Shown: piece by piece, positions 47,473 to 63,692 of the stretch
How positions within the stretch are numbered: the first letter of the stretch is position 1
Layout of the letters: each line of letters starts with the position of its first letter
Assembly: GCF_009914755.1 (NCBI RefSeq)
Contig: NC_060927.1
Direction: 5' to 3' (one strand)
Length of the DNA: 64,000 bases
Origin: the human T2T-CHM13v2.0 reference genome, Homo sapiens
Translations under genes and position numbers: made by a program
Notes under the pieces: generated by a model
What the model saw: the letters and a program-made list of their open reading frames with translations, nothing else
Told to the model about the DNA's origin: nothing
The model's database searches: none

Positions 47473-48769
47473 TTAAGTATGAGGAGACAGAATCTTGCAA
47501 AGCACACAAAAGCCAAGGGTCATTAGAGGTTGAAAGGAGAAACTACAACAAATTCCTATGTGTATCCTGCATGGAGCTGTCTATAGAAGGAGGGAGGGAG
47601 CAAGGTAGGCAAGAAAATACCATAGCCTGGGCGCCACAGGCAGCTAAGTGTTAGTCAAGGAATACTGCCTGCCAGATTTTCAAGAAGAGCCTGCTCCAGA
47701 GAAATAGGAGGGACCTTTAAAATCATCCAGGTCAACCCCTCGTTTAACAGATGGGAGGCTTCGCCCTGAGAGAGGCCCAGTAACCCACCAAAGATCTTTA
47801 GTGGCGTGACAGAGGGACCAGGGATATGTCTAATAACTGAAATGTCTGTATAATCACAGTGTACACAGTATTTCTACCCAAATTATCTTACTTATCTTCA
47901 CAAGTAGCCTTTGAGCTGAGTGGGAAAGTACTATTAAAATTCCTATTTTTCAACCTGAGGTCGAATGACTTGTCCAGGGAAAGATTCAAATCCAGACGGT
48001 CACACCCCGAGTCCACTGCTCTTTCTCTATACCACAACTTCATGCCTGTGCTGGGTTTTAGCACAATCATTTCAACTTTCATCATATTGCAGATTCCGAA
48101 TTCTGTTTCATTACAAGTTCTTTTTCCTCTTATTTCACACTGCCTTCAGCAATATTTCACATTCAACCTTACCTGGTAGGATCCTACTGATCTTTTGTCG
48201 TAAAAGTTCAGTGCCCACAATTGGCACCAGAAACTTTTTTCTAAACTTGAATTATCAAAACTGGGCCTTCCCATATAAATCATCTTTACAAAGTATGTCC
48301 TCACAAGTGTATCATTTGAGATGTGCACGATTATTACAGCAAACACGTTGGACTAATTGAGGCAACATTTAACATGCAAGTACCAAGAAAGCAGCTTTCA
48401 CAAATGTGTAGAAAACCAAGGCAAATAGTTCCTGGCTTTATCAATAAAAGCTGATTTGCATTCATGGGAGGACCTCCAAGCACAGTCAGCAACAGAGAAA
48501 ATGATCCCGATAATTCCAGTTGCCCACATCCAGAGGTTCTGAACCTGAATGTGTGTCTTTACTGAGGGAGGTCCAGGGAAGGCCAAGGGGAAGAAAGTGC
48601 TAAGAAAAAACTGACTGGGAACTGTCTCAATGTCCTCTTGCCCTTACTTAGTCTGTGGGGCCTGACGTTCCATCACAACCCTTATTTCAGGAGCAAGCAA
48701 TGCATGTTTTGCTCCTCTTTTCAACTCAGGGAAGAAGATTAAAATTGCTCAGTCTCCTTGGCTTGCAGA

Positions 48770-51122
<2,353 letters not shown>

Positions 51123-51274
51123 TTAATGCTTTCTCTAACAATTGTGGGCTGTGATTGAGAAGCGAGGTCAGTTCACCTGTGTCATGAGATTTGTGGAGAG
51201 GTTCTTCCCCCTGTGAAGTTTGGGCACTTTGCACTCTGCCTGCAAAACAGAGCAAGGATTTTCTTTTTCTTTTC

Positions 51275-51368
51275 TTTCTTTTTTTTTTTTTTCGTTTTTA
51301 GAGATGGAGTTTCACCATATTGCCCAGGCTGGTCTCAAACACATGGACTCAAGTGATCATGCCCGGCC
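51275..51368 (-). mobile_element. Alu monomer fragment
   Basis: Poly-T plus partial reverse left arm. Confidence 0.75.
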
Positions 51369-51424
51369 ACTGAGCAACCATTTTCACAACCACCTTTTGC
51401 AAGAGATTCAAAAAAGGGTTAAAA

Positions 51425-51781
<357 letters not shown>

Positions 51782-51933
51782 TCACAAGAATTTTCAAGGA
51801 ACCAAATGAGATGTTTCCTACTGATAGTAGTCAGAACCCTGGTGCCCAGTCACAGCCAACTGTGAGTTTTGGTCAGCAGAAACCAACGCCTAGTAAAGAA
51901 GACAATGATGTGGGGTATGTTGGACTTGGAGTG

Positions 51934-52205
51934 TCAGAGCCACTTTGAAGATCCAGTAACCTCAGCTTCCTGGCTTAGGCCGGGTCCTTATGGGTGAGAA
52001 ACATGAAAAGGAAGAAGAGAAGGAATGGAGGAGAGGAAAAGGAGGGAGGAGAAGCTTATGATTAAGAATGAGAACAAAAAGAAAACAGAAAGGAAATAAA
52101 TCACACTCAGAGTGCTGCCCACATCTTTGGTACTTTCACAGTCCTCAAAGGTTTCCATGGAGATAAATGAGCTCAAGTTATGGTGAGATGTAGCAGGCAG
52201 TGCCT
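51934..52205 (-). pseudogene. Diverged remnant resembling terminal exons of MCF2L2
   Basis: FISMETFEDCESTKDVGSTL(S) vs recalled MCF2L2 FSSMDTFEDCEGAEDMEKESSALS; then a 120-nt GT..AG pyrimidine-rich intron and PGLSQEAEVTGSSKWL* vs AGLFQSDDSHETCSSK. Confidence 0.55.
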
Positions 52206-52356
52206 ATCCTCAGAAACTAATTCTGCTCTTATCTCTGACACTTACTCTCTCAGGGCCTTCACTGCTTCCCCTGGGCAGTAAGGAAGTGGGTCTGTGATCT
52301 CCAAGTTCCCTTTTCCAGCTCTGAAATCCTATAACTGGAATTAAGAAGAAATGATC

Positions 52357-52824
<468 letters not shown>

Positions 52825-52842
52825 TTATATTATGCCTCTTTG

Positions 52843-53201
52843 TGCTGTGGTTTCAATGTGTTCCCCAAAGTTCATGTGTTGGAAACTCAATCCTCAATGC
52901 AACAGCATTGAGAAAGAAGACCTTTAAGAGGTGATTAGGTCATAAGGGCTTTGTCCCGAGTTAATGCTGTTATCTCTGGAGTAGGTTCCTGATAAAAGGA
53001 GGAGTTGGTCCCCTTCTCCCTTCCTCTCACCCATGTGATGCCTTCCACCACGTTATGAGGCAGCATGAAGGCTCCCAGCAGGTACACCCCTCGATCTTAG
53101 ACTTCCCAGCCTCCAACACCAGGAGCCAAAGCAATTTCTGTTGATTATAAATTGCCCAGCCCATGGTTTTCTGTTAGCGCAGCACAAAACAGACTAAGAC
53201 A
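52843..53201 (+). mobile_element. MST (MSTC/D-like) MaLR LTR
   Basis: tgctgtggtttcaatgtg...acagactaagaca. Confidence 0.8.
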
Positions 53202-53518
53202 TCTCAGCTGGCAAAATCAGAGAAACAAGCTAGAAAAGCCTGCTTCCTTCTCCAGTGAACCAATTAACAATCACTCACATCTACTGAACATCCGCTATGG
53301 TTGTGATAGGCAGTGTCAGGTACAGCAACTACCACCACCATATAGCAAGTGACCGTTCTGTGTCTAGTATGATGTTAGACATTTTACAAACACCATTGAG
53401 GCCTCACAACAACACTCTAAAGGCTTTAGCCTCATTTTGCAGATACCACTGTAAAGGACCAAACTGTGTCCTTTACAAAACCTAGACCATTCTCTCCCTT
53501 CCGGTAAAGAACTGCTCA

Positions 53519-53813
<295 letters not shown>

Positions 53814-54009
53814 AGAATTGCTCAAGCTCCACGTCCCTGTAGATTCCACCTCACTATGGGTGAACTGTCAGTGCAACCTCTGACAAAGGAAAGACAGACA
53901 AAGGACCTCCCTTAGAGAGCAGTGGCTGGCACTACAGCCTCCTCAGCCCCTGATGCCACAGGTGAGGGTGGAGATTCCTGAGGTATCAAGGAGGCCCCCA
54001 GTTTCATCT

Positions 54010-54200
54010 ACATCTGTGGTTCGCAGACTTCAGCAGCATCACCTGGGAATAGAAGTAATTTTTACAAAAACAGATTTCTGGACCCCACCTCCAGGATTCT
54101 GATTTAGTAGTCTGGATTGGTACCCAAGAATCTGCATTTCTAACAAGTCCCCAGGAAAATTGATGGTACTAGTCTTGGGATTACCCTTTGAGCACCACTG
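54010..54200. mobile_element. MER5A-like hAT element
   Basis: cagcagcatcacctgg...aagaatctgcatttctaacaagtcccc...ctttgagcaccactg. Confidence 0.7.
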
Positions 54201-54249
54201 GCCTAGATGACAGCTCTTCAAACTTCTTAGTTGCAAATCATAGTATGAT

Positions 54250-55300
54250 TGTGCTATGAGAAAGAGATTTGGCCTTCACCCCAAGGTCCTGGCATATAGC
54301 TCCTAAGCCTCTTGGAATTTCCTTAATGATAATGTGATAGGAGTGTCTTTTGTTCTAATGAAGAGACTCCTAGCAGACCTCTAGATAGCTTCAGAACACA
54401 GCCTGGTCACCAGAAAGACCAAGCCTTGGTTAGAGGGTTAGAACTCTCAGCCTTATCCCTCAACCTCTAGGAAAGGGAAAAATGCTGGAGGTTGAGTTAA
54501 CGACCAAGGGCCAATGATTTAATCAATCCTGCTTACAGATCAGACCCTCCATAAAAATCCCAAAATGAGGCCGGGCACAGTGGCTCACACCTGTAAATCC
54601 CAGCACTTTGGAAGGCCAAGGAAGGCAGATCACTTGAGCTCAGGAATTCAAGACCAGCTTGGGCAACACAATGAAACCACATCTCCAAAAAAGTCAAAAA
54701 CTTAGCTGGGCATGGTGGCATATGCCTGTGGTTCTAACTACTTGCGGGGCTGAGGAGGGAGAATCCCTTGAGCCCAGGAGGCTGAGGCTGCAGTGATCTG
54801 AGATCACACCACTGCCCTCCAGCCTATGTGACAAAATGAGACCCTGTCTCGAAAAAAAAAAAATCTCTAAATGATGGGGTCTGGGAGCTTCTGGATTGGT
54901 AAACACATCGAGTGCTGGGAGGGTGGTACGCCTGGAGAGGGCATGGAAGCTTTGCAGACCACCACCTCCCATACTTTGCCCTGTGTACCTCTTCCGTTTG
55001 GCTTTTCCTGAGTTGTATCCCTTACAGTAAACTGGTAATGATAAGTAAAGCACTTTCCTGAGTTCTGTGAGTCATTCTAGCAAATTATCAAACCTGAGGA
55101 GGAAGTCAGGGGAACTCTCAATTTATACCCAACCAGGCTGAGGATTTGTAATTGGTGTCTTAATTGAGGGGCAGTCTTATGGGACTGTGCCCTTAACCTG
55201 TGGTGTCTATTCTAACTCTAGATAGTTAAAATCAGATTTGAATTGAATTGTTGGACACCCAGTTAGTGCCAGAGAATGAAAAGTGGCGTTGGAAAAGATC
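54250..55300 (+). mobile_element. MER21-family LTR with AluJ insertion (54569-54862)
   Basis: ggtcaccagaaagaccaag...ggccaatgatttaatcaatc...ttggacacccag. Confidence 0.75.
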
Positions 55301-55348
55301 CCACTTACTCCACAGCTGATTGAATAGACGAACCTAAGAACTGACATG

Positions 55349-55648
55349 ACGCCGGGCGCAGTGGCTAACGCCTGTAATCCCAACACTTTGGGAGGCCGAG
55401 TTGAGCAGATCATCTGAGATCGGGAGTTCGAGACCAGCCTGACCAACATGGAGAAACCCTGACTCTACCAAAAATACAAAATTAGCCAGGCATGGTGGCT
55501 CATGCCTGTAATCCCAGCTACTCAGGAGGTTGAGGCAGCAGAATCGCTTGAACCTGGGAGGCGGAGGTTGCGGTGAGCCGAGATAGCACCATTGCACTCT
55601 AGCCTGGACAACAAGAGCAAAACTCCGTCTCAAAAAAAAAAAACAAAA
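55349..55648 (+). mobile_element. Alu (AluSp-like)
   Basis: TSD aagaa(c/g)tgaca(t/c)g. Confidence 0.95.
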
Positions 55649-55660
55649 GAAGTGACACGT

Positions 55661-56215
55661 TGTTGTACTTGAGTAAGTTAGAGAAAACGCCACACTTTGA
55701 GACGAATTAAGAGTCTGTTTATTTAGCTGGTGGCTAAGAGACAGCTAACGCTTAAAGTTCTCTCAGCCTTGAAGGGGCTAGATTGTTTTTTATACTTTGG
55801 TTTAGAAAGGGGAGGGGGAGTCTAGTTAAAACAATTTTACAGAAGTAAAGTAGGCAAAAAAGTTAAAAGGATAAATGGTTACAGGAAAGTAAACAGTTCC
55901 AGGTGCAGGGGCTTTAAGACTATTACAAGGTGATAGACGCGGGGCTTTGGGCGTTATCAATTGGACGAATTCCTGGGAACTGTGGATATAGCTCACCAGA
56001 GTATCTTATCAGTTAATTGCATTCTTGGATGTGCTGGGAGTCAGCTTGCACAAGTTAAGTCCTTGAGGAAGGGGCTGCCAGTGAAAGAGCCAAGATAAAG
56101 TCTGTCGGGCTCTTTTAGCTAAAAGAGAGTCAATTCAGGTAGAAACAAAGTTAGGTGATTAAAGGAAAAAGAAAGTCTAAAAACAAGGTTAGTAAAAACA
56201 AGGTTAGGCATTACG
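55661..56215 (-). mobile_element. LTR6 (LTR6A/B, ERV1) solo LTR
   Basis: Matches recalled LTR6 consensus (gtaatgcctaaccttgtttttactaacc...caagtacaaca); 4-bp TSD acgt/atgt; low divergence. Confidence 0.8.
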
Positions 56216-56519
56216 ATGTTACTTGAGCTCACACCATCCTAACAGTCATTCCACTGCCATCTTTTTGTTTTCTGAAATCAGCCTGCCACCCTGGCATAGG
56301 GGTGTATATGTGCATGATGTGCACACATGGGGGGTAGGGCAGCACATCTGCCTCTACCTCTGCACTGCCACTCTCTCTTCCCATGTGTGTCCCTCTGTGG
56401 TTTTATCTCATCTCACAAGTGACTGAATTACAACACACATTTTGTGTGTGTAATGCTGAGGACATTTTGCCCCTAAATTCTTAGGAGTCTTCTTTGCCAG
56501 TAGAAGTATCCTCCTTACT

Positions 56520-59500
56520 GCCATCTGAGGGATTAACCCTGCATTCCCAGAGAAAACTGTGATGGCCTCCCCTGGGTCAGTTGCCTTTGCAAAACAATGC
56601 TGATTCTCTTCAGGATCCATTTGCTTCTAGACCTATAACTCAAGTCCCAGCAGGCCCCCTGTAACTCATTCAGCAGGCGAGTTACAAAGTATGCCCCATG
56701 CAGGGGTATACTATACTTCAAAAGAATAACTTGAGTTTTCTAATTTATACAGACAAAAATCTGGGGAACGTATGTGGGAATGCATATTAAAGGCATGAGA
56801 TATTGACATAAAGAACATAAAGCTGGATCAGGCTGAGTGTATTGATATGGGCCCATAGAGCAGAGATTCTGCCTTTAACATTACAGCTTAGAGTTAGAAA
56901 GGATTCTAACAGTCTATTTGGTTGGTTGGCTGACGCATGGACAAAAAGGTGGCTCATGCATTCAACATATGTTTATGTGTTGAAATCCTAATCCCTAAAG
57001 TGAGTTAGAAATTCCTGACCTGCCTTGGCTTAATATAGAGGAAGGGATTCAAAGGCTTAGGGAGATTGGATTGTTAGAGCAGATTCATCATTTAAGACCT
57101 ACTCACCCACCTTGGCAGGGTACAAGAGATACCTCTTTCACCACAACTGTGAGAAATGTCTGAGGGGAGCCCTGGCATTCTTAGAGCTCTGTGATCTTTC
57201 TTTTCTGTAGCCAGGCCTTACAGTGGGAACTACAGTCACTGAGTTGGGAAACTTCAATGCAATAGGAGTAATTGGATCTCAGGGTGGCAGGGACCAAGTG
57301 GCAGCACTCAGTCATCAAAGGTGAGGTGAATGTGATTACCGCAAGGGACAGCAAAGTCAAAGCAGGAACTGAAACAGTCTGACTCTTGCAGACCTCAGCA
57401 TTTGCTAGTTGATCATGATCTTTCCAAAAGTAGAACAGATAGGAAGCCTACTAAATTCTTACTTGATTTATATCAGCAGAAAGGTTTCTAGGTCAAGTGA
57501 ACAAAAGTCTGACTTGAATCATAAAAACGGAGAGTCACAACCCCTCATTCAATTCCAGGATTTGAGCCAGTTTACAGTCCCAGAACCCCTTGAATTAAGA
57601 TAAAATTGGGTCCCCTTTTGGAAAGAAGCCAAAACCAACCAAAATTTTATACTGTTAATCTTTCTCCCAGCCTTCCCCAAAGGACATGTGGCATTTTACT
57701 AAGGTAGCTATACATTAGGGAAAAGGAAATAATAAGACTTTGGAGGGATTATAGGACTCTGAACTGACACTAATTCCAGGACACCAAAAACATCACTGTG
57801 GCCCACCAGTCAGAATAGGGGCTAATGGAGATCAGGTGATCACTGAAGTTTGCTGTAGTCTGAATGTTTTTGTCTTTCCAAGATTCATATGTTGAAGTCA
57901 TAACTCTCAAAGTGATAGTATTAGGAGGTGGAGGCTTTGAGGTGTGATTAGGTCATAATGGTAGAACCCTCATGAATGGGATTAGTGCCTTTATAAAAGA
58001 GGCCTGAGGGGAACTTGGTTGTCCCCTCTGCCACATGAGGACACAGTGAGAAGTTGGCATTTTGCAACCTGAAAGAGGGGCCTTTGCCAGAACCTGGCCA
58101 TGCTGGCACCCTGATCTTTTACCTCCCAGCCTCCATTAGTGTAAGAATAAATTCCTGTTGTCTATAAGCCACCAAGTCTAAGGTATCTTGTTACAGCAGC
58201 CCAAACAGACTAAGAGTTTTAGCTCAAGTATGTCCTACAGTGGGCCCAATGGGGCCTCTGACTCCCATCCTGTGGTTACTTCCCCAGTTCCAGAATGTAT
58301 AATTGGAATAGATACACTCAGCAACTGGCAGCATCCTCATATAGGTTTCCTAACCTGTGGAGTAAAGGCCATTACGGTGGAAAGGCCAAATGGAAGCCAC
58401 TGGAACTGCTTCTACTTAGGGAAATAGAAGTAATATTGCATCCCTGGAGGAATGCAGTATTCCTGCAGAGCTTAGAGCCACCATTAAGAACTCAAAAGAT
58501 GCAGGGGTGGTGATTCCCACCGTATCCCCCATCAACTTGCCTATTTGGCCTGTGCAGAAGACAGATGGATCTTAGAGAATGACAGTGGATTATCAGAAGC
58601 TTAACCAGGTTGTGACCCCTATTGCAGCTGCTGTACCAGATGTGGTTTCCTTGCTTGAGCAAATTAACACACCCTCTGCTACCCAGTATGTGGCTACTGA
58701 TCTGACAAATGCTTTTTTCTCTATATCTGTTCATGAGGACCACCAGCAGCAGTGTGCTTTCAGCTAGCAAGGCCAACAATACCCCTTCACTTTCCAACCT
58801 CAGGAGTACATTGACTCTGCAGCCCTATGTCATAATTTAACTCACAGTGATCTTGACTGTCTTTCTCTTCCTCAAGATATCATGCTGGTCTATTACACCG
58901 ATGACATTATTGCTGAAGAGACTTAGTGAGCAAAAAGTAGAAACTTGCCTAAATTTATTGGGAAGACATTTGCATGTCAGAAGGTGGGAAATAAATGTAA
59001 CGAAAATTCAGAGACCTTCTACACCAGTGAAATTTCTATGGGTCCAGTAGTGTAGAGCATGCCAAGATATCCCTTCTACGGTAAAGAATAAGTTGTTGCA
59101 TCTGGCCCACAACCAAAACAGAGGCACGATACCTAGTGGGCCTCTTTGGATTTTGAAAGCAACATATTCCTCATTTGGGTGTGTTACTCCAACTCATTTA
59201 CCAAGTAACCTGAAAAGCTGCTAGTTTCAAGTGGGGCCCAGAATAAGAGAAGGCTCTGCAACAGGTCCAGGCTGCTGTGCAAGCTGTTCTGCCACTTGAG
59301 CCACATGATTCAGCAGATCCAAATGGTGCTTGAAATGTCAATAGCAGGTAGGGATGCTGTTTGGAGGCTACGGCAGGACCCTATGTGAATTGCAACACAG
59401 GCCCGTAGGATTTTCTTTAGCAAAGCTCTGCCACTCTCTACAAATAACTACACTCATTTTGAGAAACAGCTCTTGGCATGCTATTGACTCAATGGTTAAC

Positions 59501-60856
59501 CATAGACAACCAAGTTACCATGCAACCTGAGCTGCCCAACATCAACTGGGTGTTATCTGACCCACCAGGCCATACAGTTGGGTATGAACAGCAGCACTCC
59601 ATCATCAAATGAAAGCGACATAGATGTGATCAGGCCTGAGCTATGAAGGCACAGGTTAGTTACAAGAAGAAGGACTGAAATGCTCATTGCACCCTGCTAC
59701 ACTCTCTCCTCTCTCCCAGGCTGCACTTATGGCCTCACGTGAAGTCCCCTGTGATCAGCTGACAGGAAGAGAAAACTTGGGCCTGCTTTACAGACGCAGT
59801 ACTATATGCAGGCACCATCTGAAAGTGGACAGATGCAGCTCTGCATCCCCTTTTGAGACACTCTTGAAGGACAGTAGTGAAGGGAAATCCCCCCTACTGC
59901 AGTGGGCAGAACCTTAAACAGTGCACATGTCACTTTGTTTTGAAGGAGAAATGTCCAGACATGTGATTATATAGCAATTTATGAGCTGTAGCCAATGGTT
60001 TGGCTGAATGGTCAGAAACTTGGAAGGGACATGATTGTAAAAGCAAGGAAATTTGGGGAAAAGGTATATGGATAGACCTCTCTGAATAGGCAAAAATGTG
60101 AAGATATTTGTGTCCCATGTGAATGGTCACAAAAGGGTGATAGCAGAGGAGGATTTTCATAGTCAAGTAAATAACTTGTTTTGTGGATATCAGCCAGCCT
60201 CTTTCCTCAGCCACTCCAGTCATTGCCCAGTGGGCTCATGAACCAAGTGGCCATGGTGAAAGAGATAGAGAGTATGCATGGGCTGAGCAACATGAACCTC
60301 CATTCACCCAACCTGCAATTGGCAGAGTGCCCAATCTGCCAGCAGCAGAGACCAACACTGATAAGGCACCATTCCCTGAAGAGATCAGCCAGCTTCCTGG
60401 TGGCAGGTTGATTATATTGGACTACTTCCATCATGGAAGGGGCAGCAGCATTTGTAAATTTCTGGAATAGGCACTCTCAATACAGATCTGCCTTCCATGC
60501 ACACAATGCTTCTGCTGCAACTACCATCCGTGGAGTTAAAGAATGCCTCATCTACTGCCATCGTATTCCACACAGCATTGCTTCTCATCCGGGAGCTCAC
60601 TTAACAGAAATAAAGTGTGGAATGACCCACGATCATAGAATTTACTGATCTTATGTTCCCCAGCATCCTGGAGCAGCTGGCTTGATAGAACAGTGGAATG
60701 GCTTCTTGAAGACTCAGTTATAGTACCAGTGAGGTGGTGATACCTTGCAGGGCTGGGGCAAGATATGCATATGCTCTGAATTAACATTCAAAATATGATA
60801 TTCTTTCTCCCATAGGCAGGATTCATGGGCCCAGGAATCAAGGGGTGAAAATGGGA
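56520..60856 (+). mobile_element. Decayed ERVL internal region (gag/pol: protease, RT, RNase H, integrase remnants)
   Basis: ORF fragments [75 protein letters not shown]; many stops and frameshifts. Confidence 0.9.
57852..58215 (+). mobile_element. MLT1A-like LTR inside ERVL
   Basis: tgctgtagtctgaatgtt...cagcagcccaaacagactaaga; agttt on both flanks. Confidence 0.8.
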
Positions 60857-61343
60857 ATGCTTATACCCTGCTGGTGGGGATGTAAATTCAGCCATTGTGA
60901 AAAGCAATTTCTGAAATAAATTAAGTCAGAATTACCATTCGACACAGTAATCCCATTATTGGGTATATGCCCAAAGTAATATAAATCATTCTACCGCAAA
61001 GACATATGCACCTGTATGTTTATTACAACACTATTCACAACAGCAAAGACATGGAATCAAGCTAAATGCCCATCAATAGTAGACTGATTCATGAAACTAT
61101 GGTACATACACACCATGGAAAACCACAAAGCCAGAAAAAAGAATGAGATCATGTTCTTTGCAGCAACATGGGTGGAGCTGAAGGACATATCCTGAGCAAA
61201 CTAATACAGGAACAGAAAACCAAATACCACATATCCTCACTTATAAATGGGACCTAAACAATGAAAATGCATGGACACAAAGGGGAATAGACACCACGGC
61301 CTGCTTGAGGGTGAACTGTGGGAAAAGGGGGAGGATAAAAAAG
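60853..61343 (+). mobile_element. L1PA/PB 3' fragment
   Basis: aatcccattattgggtatatgcccaaag...acagaaaaccaaataccac...atggacacaaagg. Confidence 0.85.
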
Positions 61344-61349
61344 CTACTC

Positions 61350-61845
61350 TCTTGTTAGGTACATACACATTAAGGATTGTTACACCTTTGTGGAGAATTG
61401 AGCCTTATAATTACATAATGCTCCTCTTTATTGCTGATAATTTTACTTGCTCTGAAGTTTGCTTTATCTGAAATTAATATAGCTACTTCAGCCTACTTTT
61501 GATTAAAGTCAACATGGCTTATCTTTGCCTAGTTCTTTACCTTTATTCTATATGTCTTTATATTTAAAGTGGGTTTCTTGTAGACAACATACAGTTGGAT
61601 CTTGTGGGTTTTTTTTTTTTTTTTTTAATCCATTCTAATAGTCTTGTTCTTTTAACTGTGTATTTAAACCATTTAGATTTAAAATGATAATTAATATAGT
61701 TAAGTTAATATCCACCATATCTGTAACTTTTTTTATTTGTTGCTTGTGTTCTATTTTTTTTTTTTGTCTTCCACTCTTTTTCTGCCTTCTCTGGTTTTAA
61801 TTCAGCATTTTATATGATTCCATTTTTTCTCTTCTGTTGGCATAT
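61350..61845 (-). mobile_element. L1M fragment
   Basis: tttaaagtgggtttcttgtagacaacatacagttggatc (reverse L1 ORF1/ORF2 junction region). Confidence 0.7.
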
Positions 61846-62166
61846 TGTAGGAAACCAGAATATGTCACCCCAAAATGTGCCTCATTGACATAAGGATTAC
61901 TTTGAGCTGATCGTTTTGAAAAACAACAGACACAAGACAAGCTCTGAAAACAAGAGTAACATTTACCCTCTTGTGTTATGCCATTCTTGTGTTCTTATAA
62001 AGGAATACCTGAGACTGAGTAATTTATAAAGAAAAGAGGTTTAATCAGCTCACAGTTCTGCAGGCTTTACAGGAAACATGGTGCTGGCATCTGCTTCTGC
62101 TGAGGGCTTCAGAAGCTTAGAATTATGGTAGAAGGCAAAGGGAGAGCAGGCAGTGTCACATAGTGA

Positions 62167-62503
<337 letters not shown>

Positions 62504-63208
62504 AGTGCCACACACTTTTAAACAACCAGACCTCACAAGAATTCACTCATTTTTGCAAGGACAGCACCAGGCCATTCATGAGAGATCTGCCCCCATGACC
62601 CAAGCACCTCCCACCAGGCCACACCTTTAATACTGGAGATTACATCTCAATATGAGATTGGAGGGGATAAAGATCCAAACTATATCACCTCTTGTAAGGG
62701 CAATTCACATTTATAAAGAACAATCTCCATTTGTAAGGGTGTCTTCCTTCTCTGAACCAGGAAGACAAGGATAATTAAATCACAAAAAAAAAATTCTCAT
62801 TGATGGAAAAGGTATCAACTTAAATCTGCATAACAGACCTTACTCTTGTTTGCCATACTTTTCCTGCCATACTTTTCCTGATCACTTCTCTATAACTGGC
62901 CTCCCCGACACCATTCTTTCTTTATTTCAGCTGAAGATAGTATTTAAGCTTGAATTCTAAGCAAGGAGGGAGGTGCCACACACTTTTAAACAACCAGATC
63001 TTATGAGAACTCACTCACTATTGTAAGGACAGCACCAAACTAAGTAACTCTCTTTGAGAGTTACTCATTTTTCCCTGGATATCTCCCACATATAGACAAG
63101 GATACATAGTCATAAGACAAAATTACAACAAATTTAGTTTAAAGATCTTAATTAGCTTTTATTTGCAATTCCAGAATCAGGCAACATTTCAATCTATAGA
63201 ATAGAATG

Positions 63209-63461
63209 GGCCAGGCGCGGTGGCTCACAAGGTCAGGAGATCAAGACCATCCTGGCTAACACAGTGAAACCCCATCTGTACTAAAAATACAAAAAACTAG
63301 CCAGGTGTGGTGGCAGGCACCTGTAGTCCCAGCTACTCGGGAGGCTGAGGCAGGAGAATGACATGAGCCCAGGAAGTGGAGCTTGCAAGTGAGCCGAGAT
63401 TGTGTCACTGCACTCCATCCCGGGAGACAAAGGGAGACTCTCTCAAAAAAAAAAAAAAAAA
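63209..63461 (+). mobile_element. AluY-like with left-arm deletion
   Basis: ggctcac joined directly to aaggtcagg (tcac microhomology); A tail. Confidence 0.9.
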
Positions 63462-63661
63462 GTTGAATGGATGTTCTGATGAGCTGAGCAGAAGGAGCTG
63501 GTTTTATAGAAAGAAATGTTGGTTTTCCTCTGTTTCTAAGGAAAGCAGAAACAGAGAACAACAACAACAAAAATGGATTGGTCATTTCAAAGTCAAAGGT
63601 TAAAGCAGAAGAGACTTTTTTTATCATGCTAGCTAAAACTGGCCTGTTTGGGAATTGGATA

Positions 63662-63692
<31 letters not shown>

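Noticed and set aside
48146-48346. Strong minus-strand donor CAG|GTAAGG at 48173 with upstream ATGs
   Set aside because: The ATG frame ends in phase 0, incompatible with exon 2; the phase-1 frame is closed by a stop before any ATG.
58188-60787. Reverse transcriptase and integrase-like ORFs as a possible domesticated gene
   Set aside because: Broken by many stops, frameshifts and an LTR insertion; ordinary decayed ERVL.
62851-62880. Short tandem duplications and microsatellites (also about 37159-37193, 1275-1318, 63665-63692)
   Set aside because: Simple slippage products; no repeat-spacer array.
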